A stretch of 64,000 nucleotides of DNA, taken from NCBI GenBank assembly GCA_036785375.1, contig JAWMAR010000021.1, forward strand, positions 3,100,001-3,164,000, in the 5' to 3' direction. The notes beneath the pieces are model-generated. The model searched no databases, was not told the origin of the DNA, and saw only the letters and a program-made list of their open reading frames with translations. Source of the DNA: Leucoraja ocellata. Taxonomy: Eukaryota. This document shows positions 25,864 to 39,043 of the stretch, piece after piece (position 1 is the first letter of the stretch; each line of letters begins with the position of its first letter). Made by a program: the position numbers and the translations under genes.

Positions 25864-25889
25864 TTACTCAAGCACTTTGTGTCTATCTC

Positions 25890-26190
25890 AGTTTTAGTTT
25901 AGATTAATGTCACGTATACCGAGGTACAGTGAAAAGCTTTTGTTGCTTGCTAACCATTCAGCGGAGAGACAATACATGATTACAATCAAGCCATTTACAG
26001 TGTATAGATACATGATAAGGGAAATGACGTTTAGTTCAAGGTAGAGCGATATGGTCACCAATGATATAGATAGTAGTTCAACACTGCTCCCTGTTTGTGG
26101 TAGGATGATTAAGTTGCCTGATGACAGCTGGGAAGAAACTTTGTCTGAATCTGGAGGTGTGCTTATTCAAACTTCTATACCTTTTGCCCA
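25890..26190 (-). mobile_element. Rex1/Babar LINE 3' fragment
   Basis: Same 3' UTR as 30340-30580 and 47553-47850. Confidence 0.7.
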
Positions 26191-27279
26191 AAGTAAGAAT
26201 TTCATTGTTCCGTTGTTGGTATATTCTGTATGAGAATTAAACACTTTGTGAATCTATAATCTTTTTCCAGCCAGGTTTGCTCAAGAAACCATGGTACCTC
26301 TGCTGCTAACTGTTAGGGGAGTCCGAACCTTTGGAAGATACATCTACCGAAGTGCTCAAGGCAGCATTAAATTGAAAATTCTCATCAGTCTTTGTCTGCA
26401 TTTAATCAAGACAAAATGGCTTACAAGCAATATGTAGAAACAAGGAACAGCAGATGCCGGTTTACACAAAAGAACGAAAAGTGCTGGAGTAACTCAGTAG
26501 GTCAAGCAGCATCTCTGGAGAACATGGATAGGTGACGTTTCACTTTCTTCAGACTGATTGCAGGGGAGGAGAGGTTTGGGTGGGAAGGGATCGGTGAAGC
26601 AAGGAGTTGCGTAGGAAGCAGTCTCTGCAGAAGGCGGAAAGGGGGAAAGCAAGGATACTTCAAGGGTCAAGTTTTGCTTTCAGATTTGGATGCTTTCATC
26701 ATGACTAGCTCTTGTGCCTAATTGCAGCAATGCCTAAAAGCACAATGATTTAAAATCAAAACAATTTATGTAGGTAAACTATAATTGAAATGGTCCTGAC
26801 AGTATTTCAGAAAAGTGTAACTCATTCTGAATTATAGACTCAAAATTCTGGAGTAACTCAGTGGGTCTGGCAGCTTCTCTGGAGAAAAGGAATAGGTACC
26901 ATTTTGGGTGGAGACTTCTTCAACTGAGTCAGGGAGAGGGAAACTAGAGGTATGAACAGACTTCTAGACCTTCAGACCCAGCACCAATCAGCAGGAAAAT
27001 GTGGAGCCCACAATGGTCCATTGTTGGCTGTGGAAGACGTGATAATGGAGGGATATATAGGTACAAACAGTGGAACTAGCAGGGTGACTGCAGTGGTGGA
27101 GAGAGAGAGAATGCAAGGATTACTTAAAATTAGAGAAATTAATATTCACACCGCTCTGTACTAATTCTGAATGTTTTGTTGATATGTAATTGATGATCAG
27201 ATAGGCAACTACAAACTTGATGCAAAAGTACATGGGCATCTCTGGGCTCTGCAGAAAGGTGTTTAGCTTAAGATTGGAA

Positions 27280-28190
27280 GTTAAAGAGTCATGTTGATAC
27301 AGCGTGGAAACAAGCCCATCGGCCCAACTTGCTCACACCGGTCAATATCTCAGCTACACTAGTCCCAGCTGCCTGCATTTGGCCCATATCCCACCAAACC
27401 TGTCCAAGCCATGCACCTGTCTGTTTCGTAAACTTTGTGATCGTCCCTGCCTCAACTACCTCCTGTGGCAGTTTATTCCATACACCCACCACCTTTTGTG
27501 CGAAAAAGTTACTCCTCAGATGCCTATTAAATCTTTCCCCTTTCACCTTAAACCTATGTGCTCTGGTCCTCAATTCCCCTATTCTGGGCATGAGACTGCG
27601 CATCTGCCTGACATATTCCTCTCATGATTTTATACACCTCTATAAGATTACCCTCCTGTGCCCCAAGGATTAGAGTCCCTGCCTACGCAACCTCTCCCTA
27701 TAGCTCAGACACTCGAGTTCTGGAAATATCCTTGTGAATCTTCTCTGTACCCTTTCCAGCTTGACAACATCTTTCCCAGAACTTGGTGTCCAGAACTGAG
27801 CACAATGCGGCCTCACCAACATCTTATACAACTGCAACATGACCTCCCAACTTCTATACTCAAGACGCTGACTAATGAAGGTCAATGTGCCAAAAGCTCT
27901 TTTGACCACCCTATCTACCTGTGACTCCACCTTCAAGGAACTGTACCTGCACTCCTAGATCCCTCTGCGCCATAACACTCCCTAGAGCCCTACCATGCAC
28001 TTTGTAGATCCTACGCGTTAGACTTCCCAAAATGCAACGTCACGTTTCTCTGTATTAAATACCATCAGCCATTCCTCAGCCCACCTGGCCAATTGATCAA
28101 GATCCTGCTGCAATTTTTCACAACCATCGTCACTATCTGCAATACCACCCACTTTTGTATCATCTGCAAGCTTGCTAATCTTGTCATGTA
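27280..28190 (-). mobile_element. CR1 LINE 3' fragment
   Basis: KVESQVDRVVKRAFG, LERVQRRFTR and NFFAQKVVGVWNKLP. Confidence 0.9.
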
Positions 28191-28554
28191 CGTTCTAGAC
28201 CTTGCAGGAACAACTGAAAATGCCTGCTATTTCCAGTACATGGTCGTAAAGTCACGTAGTAAAGCAACAACTTTTTTGGCTCATTTGTCAATGCCAACCA
28301 TAACGTACATACCTATACCAAACCCATGTTCAGCATTTGGCCTGCAGCTTTCCTGGCCCTGCCGATTCAAGTGCTCATCTCTATACTTCTTAAATGCTGG
28401 AGGAGTCTCTACCTCCATTACTCCTTCAGACAGTGCGCTCCGTTTTCTAACTAACTTCTAAATTGATTATTCCTCAGTACCCCTCTCCGCTTCCAACCAC
28501 TTACCTTAAATTGAGGAAACAAAGATCTACAAATGCCGATTAATATCAAATATA

Positions 28555-28731
28555 GACACAAAGTGCTGGAATAACTGAGCTGGTCAGGCAGCATCTCTGA
28601 AGGAAATGGATAGGTGACATTTTGGGTCGGAACCCATCTTCAGACTGAAGAAGGGTCCCGACCCGAAATGTCACCTATCCATGTTCTCCAGAGATGCTGT
28701 TTGATCTGCTCAGTTACTTCAGCACTTTGTA
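28555..28731. repeat. Fold-back pair of pLTR/hammerhead units centred on cttcag-a-ctgaag
   Basis: ~85-bp inverted arms. Plus-strand core ctgaaga-agggtcccgaccc-gaaatgtc at 28645-28672. Confidence 0.8.
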
Positions 28732-31589
28732 TTTATGTATAGTATTACCTAATCGGATTGCATGGAATGCTAAACAAAGCTTTTCACTGCACCTCAGTAC
28801 ATGTGACAATAATAAACCTCAATCTAATAAGTAAATAATGAACTGTATGTTTACATGTGGGCTTGGCAACTGGCAACAGCCAACAACTTGAACACTCTAC
28901 CTACGTTATTGTTGGGCTTCTCAAGTTCTTGTCTAATTTACTGAACTGGATTAGAAATAGAAATATATAAAAACAGCTGGTAAGTAAGGAGTCAATTTTA
29001 AAATGTCCACTTTGATCTATATTTTATGGTTTCCTCTCCTATAGACAGTCTGATTTAACACACTTCTCATTATAGCATACTGGGTGTTTCCTAAAGACAG
29101 CTTCAAACAGAAGTACTAAGTACAATTTTAATGAAAAGGAACTGTATTACATGGTTGAGCATTAATTAGAATAGAGACAGTGAAATCTGCCAAGCATCTC
29201 ACCACTGAATTTGGGTACATGGTGATTATTTAAATCATTAAAATGTATTGCCTTCCTTCGGTTTCATTCTCTACATTATTAGGAGAAGGGAGAGTGAAGT
29301 TGAACCAAAAAAGAAATATCAAAAATTAATACCGAGAAAGAACTGAACTTAATGTTCCAATGAAATTGTCCTTTCCCATTGTGTTAGCAGATTTAAAAAA
29401 CTCCCAGGGTGTGTTAAGAAAAGCAGAGCCCAATTTATTTTCCATTCTTCATCTTCCTGAAAAGGTGGAGGTGCAATTGTGATATATTCTCAGAGTGGCT
29501 TCGGTATGAAATTGTACCCATGTTCCTAAGTCAGGACATTCTGTGACTTGGAAGGGAGACTGTGATGGTTCTCCTATAATACTGATTTAGCTCTTTGCGG
29601 TGGTAGAGAATATCGTACTGGAAGGTAGTGTTGGAATAAAGCTGGCACGAGTTTGCATTGCATCCTAGAGATATTGCATGCTGCAGCCAACGTATATTGG
29701 TAGAACAAATTGTTCCTGGAGTCGACAAACAAAGTGCAATTCAGGCATATTACTTTATGGAAATTTAAAAAAAAGACATTAGAAATCCGAAATAATAAGA
29801 AAAAAGAGGCAGAATTTTTCCCACCCATAGATGCTGCCTGATTTGGGGGCGAGCTTCTGTTATTACTTTGTGATGGATGGTGTCATTTACATTAGTTTTC
29901 TGATTGGAGCCTTTACTGGAATCCGGAAGAGGATAGGGAGGTTTTCAGTATTCATTGCAAGATATTTAAAATGGACGTTATTGAGTTCAATTGCCACTGC
30001 CGCATATTGCTTACTTCATAAATTCAGGTTATAGGAGCAGATGAGGCCATTCGACGCATCACATCTATTCCGCCATTCAATTATGGCTGATCTATCTTTC
30101 CTTCTCAACCCAATTCTCCTGCCTTCTCCCCTATAGTCCTATGCCTTTCGTCCTAAACTCTCCCACTAGTGGAAACATCCTCCAAACATCCACTCGATCC
30201 AGGCCTTTCACTATTCACTACTTAATGAAAGCAGCGGCTGTGGATCTCATGTTGAGATGCAAAACAGTGCAGAAGTGTATTGAGGAGGAGATACGTATCT
30301 TCCATGGAAAAAATCTAGTTTACTTTGGTTTAAATTTTTAGTTTTGTTTATTATCATGTGCACCGAGGTACAGTGAAAAGCTTTTGTTGTATGCGAACCA
30401 GTCAGCAGAAACCAATACATAATTATAATCGAGCCATTCACAGAGTACAGCATCGCATGACGAAGGGAATAACGTGAATAAAGTCCAATAAAGTCTGATC
30501 AAAGATAATCCAAGGGTCTCTAATGAGGTAGATAATAACTCAAGACTGCTCTTTAGTTGTTGGTAGGATGGTTCAGTTGCCTTTACTTAGTTTCTCAAAG
30601 CATACTTTTAGGAAATATTTGGACAGTAGAGCAAGTATGTTTGGACAGTTAAAAAATATAGTTAGGATATTTTTGTTCATTTTTTAGTTGAAATATTTTT
30701 CAAAATATTCACTTACATAAAAATCTGACAAGGAGTGTAGGCCCACTCATTTTCTATTTTTTTTCAACAATATACCGTAACTAAAAAATAAATAAATAAT
30801 ATCCTGATAAATATTTTCTGTCTAAACATATTTGTTTAGCTATTTCTTACAAGTATATTTTGAGATGCTTACACTGAGGATATGTAGCTCTTCCCCTAAA
30901 CCCGTGCACTTACACAGCTTCAAATCCCACACAAGACCTTCTTACGTGTCAAAATGAATGTAACCGGTACAACATCAATGATAAACATGGAGCTATTCCT
31001 GGAATATTGTAATAGTCTTCAAAGTAATCAAAACTAAGATGTAAAAAGAGTCAATTTATTTCAGGTCTTCTTCAGAGCCCAATATATATTTGGCATAACA
31101 CAGTGCTGGGGGATCGCAGTGGGTCATCTGTGGAGGGAATGAACACATGACGTTTCGGGTTGGGATCTTTCCTCAGACTGATTGGAACAGTGGGGGAGAA
31201 AGCTGGAAAAGAGAGGTGGGGGTGGAACAAAGTGTGGTGAGTGATAGGTGGATGGAGGTGGGATGGGGGGGGGGGAGGGGGGGGGAGGTGATTGACAGAT
31301 GGGGTAATTCATGTCAAGTTGACATAAGGAATTGATTCGGCTTTAATGTGTGTAAATATACATGTGTAAGCATCAGTCATTTAAGAATTTTAAAATTTTG
31401 ATTAAAAAATTCATTCATACCTACTCTTTATCCTGAAACTTCTAATGATATGCTTGAATTAAACTTTAACTTGTTTATATACTGCAAAGATTAATTAAAT
31501 TCCAAGTAATAATTACAACTTGAAAATATGAAATACTTATCTTGTCAGCCTTGGTTCAAAAGCTGTACTCATACTTCTGAGTGGGAAAA

Positions 31590-31838
31590 TTTAATGAACA
31601 TGTGCAGGACAAGTTTTGTTTACACTGAGAGTGGTGGGGGCTTGGAACGTACAGCTAGGGATGGTGGTGGAAGCAGGTACAATAGTGGCGTGTAAGAGGC
31701 TATTGGATAGGCACATGGAAATGCAGGAAATAGAAAGATATGGATCATGTACAGGCAGATGACACTTGGCATCATGTTCAGCACAAAACATTGTGGGCCG
31801 AAGGGCCCATTCTTGTGCTGTGTGGTTCTATGTTCTAA
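31590..31838 (+). mobile_element. CR1 LINE 3' tail fragment
   Basis: tttacactgagagtggtg...gggccgaagggc...ttctatgttct. Confidence 0.75.
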
Positions 31839-31861
31839 TTGCCTGTGTATTCAATTCCAAC

Positions 31862-32362
31862 ATCAAATCAAATCAAATTTATTTATAAAGCACATTTAAA
31901 AACAACCCACATTGACCAAAGTGCTGCCCAGACCAGAGCAGGTAGTTAAAATCACAAAGAGAAACAGACATACACAGGAATGCGCACAGCACACAGGTAC
32001 AAATAATACATCTCAAAGACACAAAACAAAGATCAGCCACATCAGAGGGATTCAAACGCTAGTGAATAAAAATAAGTTTTGAGCCTGGACTTAAGAGTCA
32101 ATGGAGGGGGCAGGTCTGATAGGGAGGGGGGTGCTGTTCCATAGTCTAGGGGCTACAACAGCAAAGGCACGGTCACCCCTGAGCTTAAGTTTAAATCGCG
32201 GGACAGCCAGGAGCCCCAGGTCAGCTGCCCTGAGGGACCTGGAGGTAGATTAAGGGGTACGGAAGTCTGTGATATAGGGGGGAGCCAGCCCGTTTAGGGC
32301 TTTATAGATAAACAGGAGAACCTTAAAATCAACTCTGAACTGTACTGGCAGCCAGTGGAGAT
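31862..32362 (-). mobile_element. L2 LINE 3' fragment
   Basis: (atttg)n tail, aaagcac...atgtgctttataaataaa terminus, and an L2-type C-terminal coding remnant (RGDRAFAVVAPRLWN). Confidence 0.8.
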
Positions 32363-32437
32363 AGTGGAACATAACCTATTCCACCAACCAGTGCACAGAT
32401 TAATGCAGTGTTTAAGGTGCAACTTTTTGTATGGCAA

Positions 32438-32600
32438 GGTGGATGTAAAAAAGATCATGACACCTTACAAAGACAGCAAAAATGTTCTTCCTTATGCCCT
32501 GGCCAATAGCAATCCCTCAACTTAAATTACTATATTATCTTGCCATCAACTCACATCAGTGTGTGGGACCTTGCGATGGACAGATTGGCTGCATTGTTTT
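32438..32600 (+). mobile_element. Ancient Deu-domain SINE remnant (SacSINE1/AmnSINE1-like)
   Basis: ggatgtaaaa..atcatgacac, ccctggccaata..atccctcaac and gtgggaccttgc..attggctgc blocks resemble the recalled DeuSINE consensus. A second remnant lies near 50590-50670. Confidence 0.5.
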
Positions 32601-33459
32601 TGGAGCTGCATTCCAGAAGCTGGATACCGCAGATGACAACGCAGTCTGATCCGACTGGCACCGATACTTTACCTCAAACATCTCACCCCACCTGCAGAAC
32701 AAGATTGTCGTGTATCCACTTACCATCTCTTAAACTGGAACTCTCCAAGGACATGGGCAACAGGCAAATGGAAACCCAATGACCAGCAAGTTACTATCCA
32801 ATAATCATAACTGTCCTGAGTTCATCACATATTGGTGCTTCTCCAATATCACAGAATCAAAATCTTAGAACTCACTAACTGACTGCATCTTTCCACACGA
32901 ACTTTAACAGTTCAGCACTTCCATCTCTAAGATAATTGTGGATAGGCAATAAATGCTGGCAATATGAGTGGTGCCCAGATTCTGTGCATGAAAAATTAAA
33001 TCAATGCCAATGGACTGAGAGTTGTACAGTACTATGAGCTCTCTCAGTTGTCGCTTCAACAGATCCAGCTATTTCTTTGACACTACTTGTCGTGTGAGGT
33101 TTTCTATTCAAAATGTTGGCCTGAAGCTGATTGTGCCAATTTAGTTGTTCAGCCGAAGTTAGTACAAATATATTTACATTTATAACTGCAAAACTATAAA
33201 ATGTCAGCTACCAAATGTCACAGTAATTCAATGATGACTACAAACCTGTTCTCCCCGTCAAAGATCATCTTTGCAGTCACAGTAATTTGTTTTCCCCCTA
33301 TTGTATGTTATTAGCTGTCCATTTCTGTCAACTTGTGTAGGGAGACATGAACCTTTAAGTTAAACTATGCACTTCTTGCCAACCAAAGAAGCAGTAAAAA
33401 GTTTCTGCTGCAGCATGTGCCATTTATTTGACTGAATACTGAATCAAATAGTTCCTCTT

Positions 33460-33535
33460 GAATGAATGAATGAATGAATGAATGAATGAATGAATGAATC
33501 TCTTTATTGTCATTGCACATGGTACAACGAAATTT
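33460..33535 (-). repeat. (GAAT)n microsatellite, tail of a Rex/Babar 3' end
   Basis: ~10 GAAT units followed by ctttattgtcattgcac...caacgaaat. Confidence 0.8.
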
Positions 33536-34303
33536 AAAAATCAATCCCACGGCACAGAATTTGAATGACCAAGCTGAAACATGGCCAGAAAAAAAATTAG
33601 GATTTCAGTATTCTTTACAAAAAAAACTGTCTCCTTTGGTTTAATATGTTTGAAAGCACTAGACAACCATCAATGACTTGTGTAAATAGGTAGAGTTAAC
33701 TAAAATGTGAAGTGAGTTATGAATGTTAACTTTTTCCCAAATGTGAATTGGGCAATGTGACACTGAATTTCAATGAACACAGTAATTTATATTCTCAAGC
33801 ATGGGAGCCGACCACATTTTCATTACCTTGTATTAATAAATAAGTGCGAATACACATAATTATTTGTGAAAAAATTACTGCTGGTATACAAGTATAATTG
33901 CAAGTTTGGTACAAAATCCCTGTTAATCCTGCCACTTTTGTCATCACTTTTAGTCAGTCGGAGTGAAAAATCATCTAGCAAACAATTTGCGTTTGCAGCA
34001 GTCTATTTTCTTGTAGGCTCATTCAATTGTTTGTTCACTTGTCCTATTGAAATCTCTTGTGGAGAATTATGACCAATTGAAGTCAATAATTGTACAACAT
34101 CAGAATGTATTTCTTTACATGGGACATGACTTCAATCAGTATGTTCAATGGCACAATCATAAAGCAATGACAAATAATGCATTTGAATTGCTCCTTAGTA
34201 TTGGCTTTACATGGTACAGAAATAAAAGCTAAAAGGGGTGGGAATTTTATAATTTCCATTTTTGGAAAGAAAGATCAACAAAAACCACACAGATTCATTG
34301 TGC

Positions 34304-35350
34304 TGTGGCGGGGACTGGCAGGAGTCTAGCCAAAAACTAGTCGGACACAAGTTGTGTGTTCTAGACGTGTTTATTCTACTGCATACAGCTCCCTACTCCT
34401 CACCTGACACGGGCGTTTCCCGGCCTTAAATGACTCAGATACAGAACCCCGTGACTCGCGCCTCCCCCACCAAGACGCCGCCCTCTAGAGCCGATGGTTC
34501 GTCGTGGCCTTGGGTTGCTATCAGGTGCCTCCACATGACCCCCCCCCAGAACCAGAGGCACCGAACCGCACAGGACGTCGCACGAGGCGGCCCAAACGCG
34601 TAGATACAATCCCGCACCCCGGGCGCTTGCTCGGTTCTGAATAATCTCTGGGAGCCCGGAGCGGCGGACGCCCGCGATGGGGAGGTTGAGCCACATGGAC
34701 TGGCTCGCTCAGGTCCAAGTGGGCCTGTTTCAAACGAGCCACAGACACCGTTTCACGCCTGTCTCCCATGTCCAAATCAAATGAAATAGGCCCGTGCCTC
34801 AGCATGCGAAAGGGACCTTCATACGGGTGCTGCAAGGGTGATTTGCGCGAGTCATGGCGAAGAAAAATATATGGGCAACCCATCAATGGCAGTGGCACAT
34901 GAGAAGGGGCCACTCCATAACGTGACATTGGGATGGGAGATAGGGCGCCGACCCTTTCCCGCAAGCGGATCAGCACCGATGACGGGGGTTCATGGGACCC
35001 ATCAGCAGCAGGAACAAACTCCCCGAGAACATTGCGCAGAGCACCATATACCAAGGTGACAGATCCTCCTTGGAGGCCGTCCGAATCCCCAACAGGACCC
35101 ACGGCAACTCGTCCATCCACCCAGGGCCTGTGAGACGAGCCTTCGGGGCGGCTTTCAGACAACGGTGGAACCACTCCATCAACCCATTTCACTGGGGATG
35201 GTACGTTGTCGTGTGGTGGAGCTGCGTCCCCAACAGGCGGGCCATGGAGGACCACAGTTCAGATGCAAACTGGGCGCCCCGGTCAGATGTGATGTGCAGT
35301 GGAACCCCAAAGTGGGCAATCCAGGCTGCTACGAGGGCACGAGTTAACTA
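34304..35350 (-). mobile_element. Gypsy LTR retrotransposon 3' part: integrase, PPT and 232-bp 3' LTR (CsRN1-like)
   Basis: Integrase remnants (HITSDRGAQF, NGLMEWFHRCLK, WMDELPWVLLGIRTA, PLQHPYEGPF). PPT ggggggggg-tca. LTR TGTGG...CCACA at 34535-34304, with AATAAA. Confidence 0.9.
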
Positions 35351-36015
35351 CTGAATGGAAATATTGCAGATTACCTCCATAAAGTATTTTGCGTGTCTTC
35401 ACCATACAATTAGCTTTATGGAGCTACAACATTCATTCTGTGGAGACAGGCCAATCCACTGCTATGTCATAAGTTTACAAATAAATGTGACGTGCGAGAT
35501 GTAGAATAAAAAAGTTGAAAAGGGCATCGATGAGACCACATCTGAAATACTATGTTCAGTATGCATCATCTTACTGAATGTAGAATGCAAGTATGTAGAC
35601 TTACTGGATTGATAGCTGGAATGGGTAGATAATGACTCTTGACTGAAACATTGGATCACAGTTTAAAGGATTGCATTCACAGAGTTTAGAAGATTTAGGG
35701 ACAACCTGATTAAAACCTGTTTACCAACAGCATGCTTATCAATATAAAAGGAGAAACAAAAGTGTTGGAGTAATTCAGCGGGTTCGGCGACATCTCTGAA
35801 GGACCTGGACAGGTGACATTTCAGGTTGAGGCTCTTCTTCAGACTTTGAAAGATTAAAAGTTGAATTGGGGGGGAAAACGGCATTTTGTGCATTTCGATG
35901 CAGCTGTAGTAGTCTGAAGAAGGGCCCTGACCCGAAACATCACTTGTCTTTATACTGCTTGGCCTGCTGTTACTCCAGCACGTTTGTCTTTTCCTTTGGA
36001 AAACCAGCATCTTTA

Positions 36016-37085
36016 GTGTTTAGTTTAGAGATCCAGCGCGGAAACAGGTCCTTCGGCCGACCGGGTCAGCGCCGACCAGCAATCCCCGCACATTAACACT
36101 ATACTCACCCACTAGTGACAATTTTTACATTTACCAAGCCAATTAACCGATTAGGAAAAGGGGAGATGCAACGAGTCCTGGGTGTCATGGTACACCAGTC
36201 ATTGAAAGTATACATGCAGGTGCAGCAGGCAGTAAAGAAAGCAAATGGTATGTTAGCATTCATAGCAAAAGGATTTGAGTATAGGAGCAGGGAGGTTCTA
36301 CTGCAGTTGTACAGCGTCTTGGGGAGACCACACCTGGAGTATTGCGTACCGTTTTGGTCTCCTAATCTGAGGAAGGACATTATTGCCATTGAGGGAGTAC
36401 AGAGAAGGTTCACCAGACTGATTCCTGGGATGTCAGGACTTTCATATGAAGAAAGACTGGATAGACTCGGCTTGTACTCGCTAGAATTTAGAAGATTGAG
36501 GGGGGATCTTATAGAAACTTACAAAATTCTTAAGGGGTTGGACAGGCTAGATGCAGGAAGATTGTTCCCGATGTTGGGGAAGTCCAGAACAAGGGGTCAC
36601 AGTTTAAGGGTAAGGGGGGAATCTTTTAGAACCGAGATGAGAAAAACATTTTTTACACAGAGAGTGGTGAATCTCTGGAATTCTCTGCCACATAAGGTAG
36701 TTGAGGCCAGTTCATTGGCTATATTTAAGAGGGAGTTAAATGTGGCTTTTGTGGCTAAAGGGATCAGGGGGGAAGGAGAGAAGGCAGGTACAGGATACCG
36801 AGTTGGATGATCAGTCATGATCATATTGAATGGCGGTGCAGGCTCGAAGGGCCGAATGGCCTACTCCTGCACCTATTTTCTATGGTTCTATGTTTCTAAC
36901 CTACAAATCTGTACGTCTTTGGAGTGTGGGTAGAAACCGAAGATCTTGGAGAAAACCCACGCAGGTCACGGGGAGAACGTACAAACTTCGTACAGACAGC
37001 ACCCATAGTCGGTATCGAACCCGGGTCTCCGGCGCTGCACTCACTGTAAGGCATCAACTCTACCGCTGCGCCACCGTGACTGCCC
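36016..37085 (-). mobile_element. HE1-like SINE split by a CR1 insertion
   Basis: SINE halves 36016-36148 and 36897-37085 rejoin at aattaacc|tacaaa. Confidence 0.85.
36149..36896 (+). mobile_element. CR1 LINE 3' end nested in the SINE
   Basis: Open 231-aa C-terminal frame and (ttctatg)n tail. taacc direct repeat at 36144-36148 and 36897-36901. Confidence 0.95.
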
Positions 37086-37965
37086 AAAAATCTGCAGTTC
37101 CTTATGTCTCAATGTTTAAGTAGAGTGAAGTGCCATGCAATGTGGATTGGGGTTCTCTCTCAGTAAGGAACAGCAGAATTTTACCTCTCAAGATACTCTT
37201 AAATCAGTGGGTCATTTTTCTAGACTCCCAGGTATCATTACATCCTTTTCAAAATAGACAAGACTAATCCACTATCTTGGTAAACTACATGGGAAACTTC
37301 ATTTTTCTCTCTTAAATCTTGTGTGCAAAATCTTCCATCCATGTCTGGCTTTCTCAAAATTATATTGGTCTCTAGTCAAATTTAAATCCCTGCCATTCAA
37401 TTCTGAGTCACACACTGAGAGGATCCTTATCACATTAAATTTTTTAAAAATCCTTTTATTTTACCATCATCGTTGGCAGCTGTATAACCCATTCTTGCCA
37501 AACTCTCTGATGCTGGCCTCTTCTGCATTTCCCATTCTTTCCTTCAACTTTGCCAGCTGCTTTCAGGTGTTGAGGCTCCATGCTTCAGTCATCCATCTTC
37601 CAGACAGAACAGTCTGCCAGTCCACTCCTGCTCAGTTCCAAAGGTCAGAGTTCAAAATACAATAGCCTTAAAGTGCTTAATGATTACCCAAGTGGTAAGT
37701 GACTCACCTCTTGATTCTCCAGGCCTTTCTGCTATTTACAAGGTACAATTGTGCAGCTCCTATGGCACAAAATGTTGAACGGCACGCAAGACAAAGCAGC
37801 CAGCTTGATTAGCAACGCCTTAAACATTCATTCTTTGCACTACATTGGCAGCACTTTCTAAACCCACGACTTTGATCACGTTGGAAGACAAGCAATACAG
37901 CTGCATGGAAAAAGGTGCTGGACCAGGTGCTGGAGTAACTCAGCGGATCAGGCAGCATGCATAGA

Positions 37966-38190
37966 GAACATAGATAGATGGCGTTTTGGGTCGGGACACT
38001 TTTTCAGACTGAACATAGATAGGTGACGTTTTATGCCAGGACTCTTCTTCAGACTAAACATGGGTAAATGACGTTTCGGGTCGGGACATCCCTTCAGAGT
38101 GAACATGGATAGGTAACATTTTGGATTAGGACACTTCTTCACACTAAACATAGACCGATGACATTTTGGGTTGGGATCCTTCTGCAGACT
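37966..38190 (-). repeat. 5 x 45-bp tandem array of hammerhead-core-derived units
   Basis: Units start at 37966, 38011, 38056, 38101 and 38146. Minus-strand consensus agtctgaagaag.gtccYgacccRaaacgtcacctatcYatgttY. Confidence 0.88.
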
Positions 38191-39043
38191 CTGCTCCAGC
38201 AGCAAGGAAATGCTAAGCACTGCAGTTTTCCCTCCAATTCAGTTTTTAATCTTACATGGAAAAAACACTGCCTTTGCTTCATTGTTGGGTTTAAATACTG
38301 GAACATCCTGCCCAATACTTAACCAGAAGGCATGCAGTACCTGAAGAACACATCCTCTCCACATCCACCCTATCAAGGCCTTTCCATCTTCAGTATCAGT
38401 TCTTAGTTTTCAGTTCTTAACATTTGTTCTTTTGTTTCTAAATAAAATTGGTTTAAGCACTGCTGAACAAAAAAAATAATTTGGGGAGTCCAGATACTAA
38501 TCAACTAAACCTGGGAGCACATTAACACAGAACACTTGTGATCTTTAGGCTTCCTTGCTCAGTTAAAATAATCTGCTTCACTATCCTTGAGCATTTCAGA
38601 TTTAGCAGAGATTTGATATTGATTTCAGATTTTGAGCATATACATTATTTTGTATTTTGAAGGCAGACTAACTTGGATATGAATTTCCATCACTGGGTGC
38701 ATCATTCTGAAGACACAACTTTAATATCAACTGCCACCGTTATTTAAATCCCTCTCACCCTTGTATATTTGGTCAAATTTCAAAGAAACTTAGGTTTGAC
38801 TGCTCATTGCAACCATCAATCTAATATATTATCAGGCACACCAGCAAAAGTATCTTGCAAGCACCAGGTAGTGTCCATCATGCAACAATCTTTTATTTAT
38901 GTTTAGCATTCATTTTTGTCTTCATCCTAATTAGTAGTTCTGCTGCAACAATACAAGGCCTGCATGCAGCAATACAACATGGTATATTTTTTGAAAGAGA
39001 TTACAAAATCTGTTTTTGCTTGAGGTAATAATAGAATTGAGGA

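Noticed and set aside
37708-37731. 24/21-nt frame-preserving microexon with a gtgagt donor
   Set aside because: The acceptor (ttgtaaatagcag) lacks a pyrimidine tract, so this is expected by chance.
37948-38220. ORF with 15-aa repeats (KCPDPKRHLSMFSLK)
   Set aside because: A by-product of the 45-bp tandem array, with no splice or start context.
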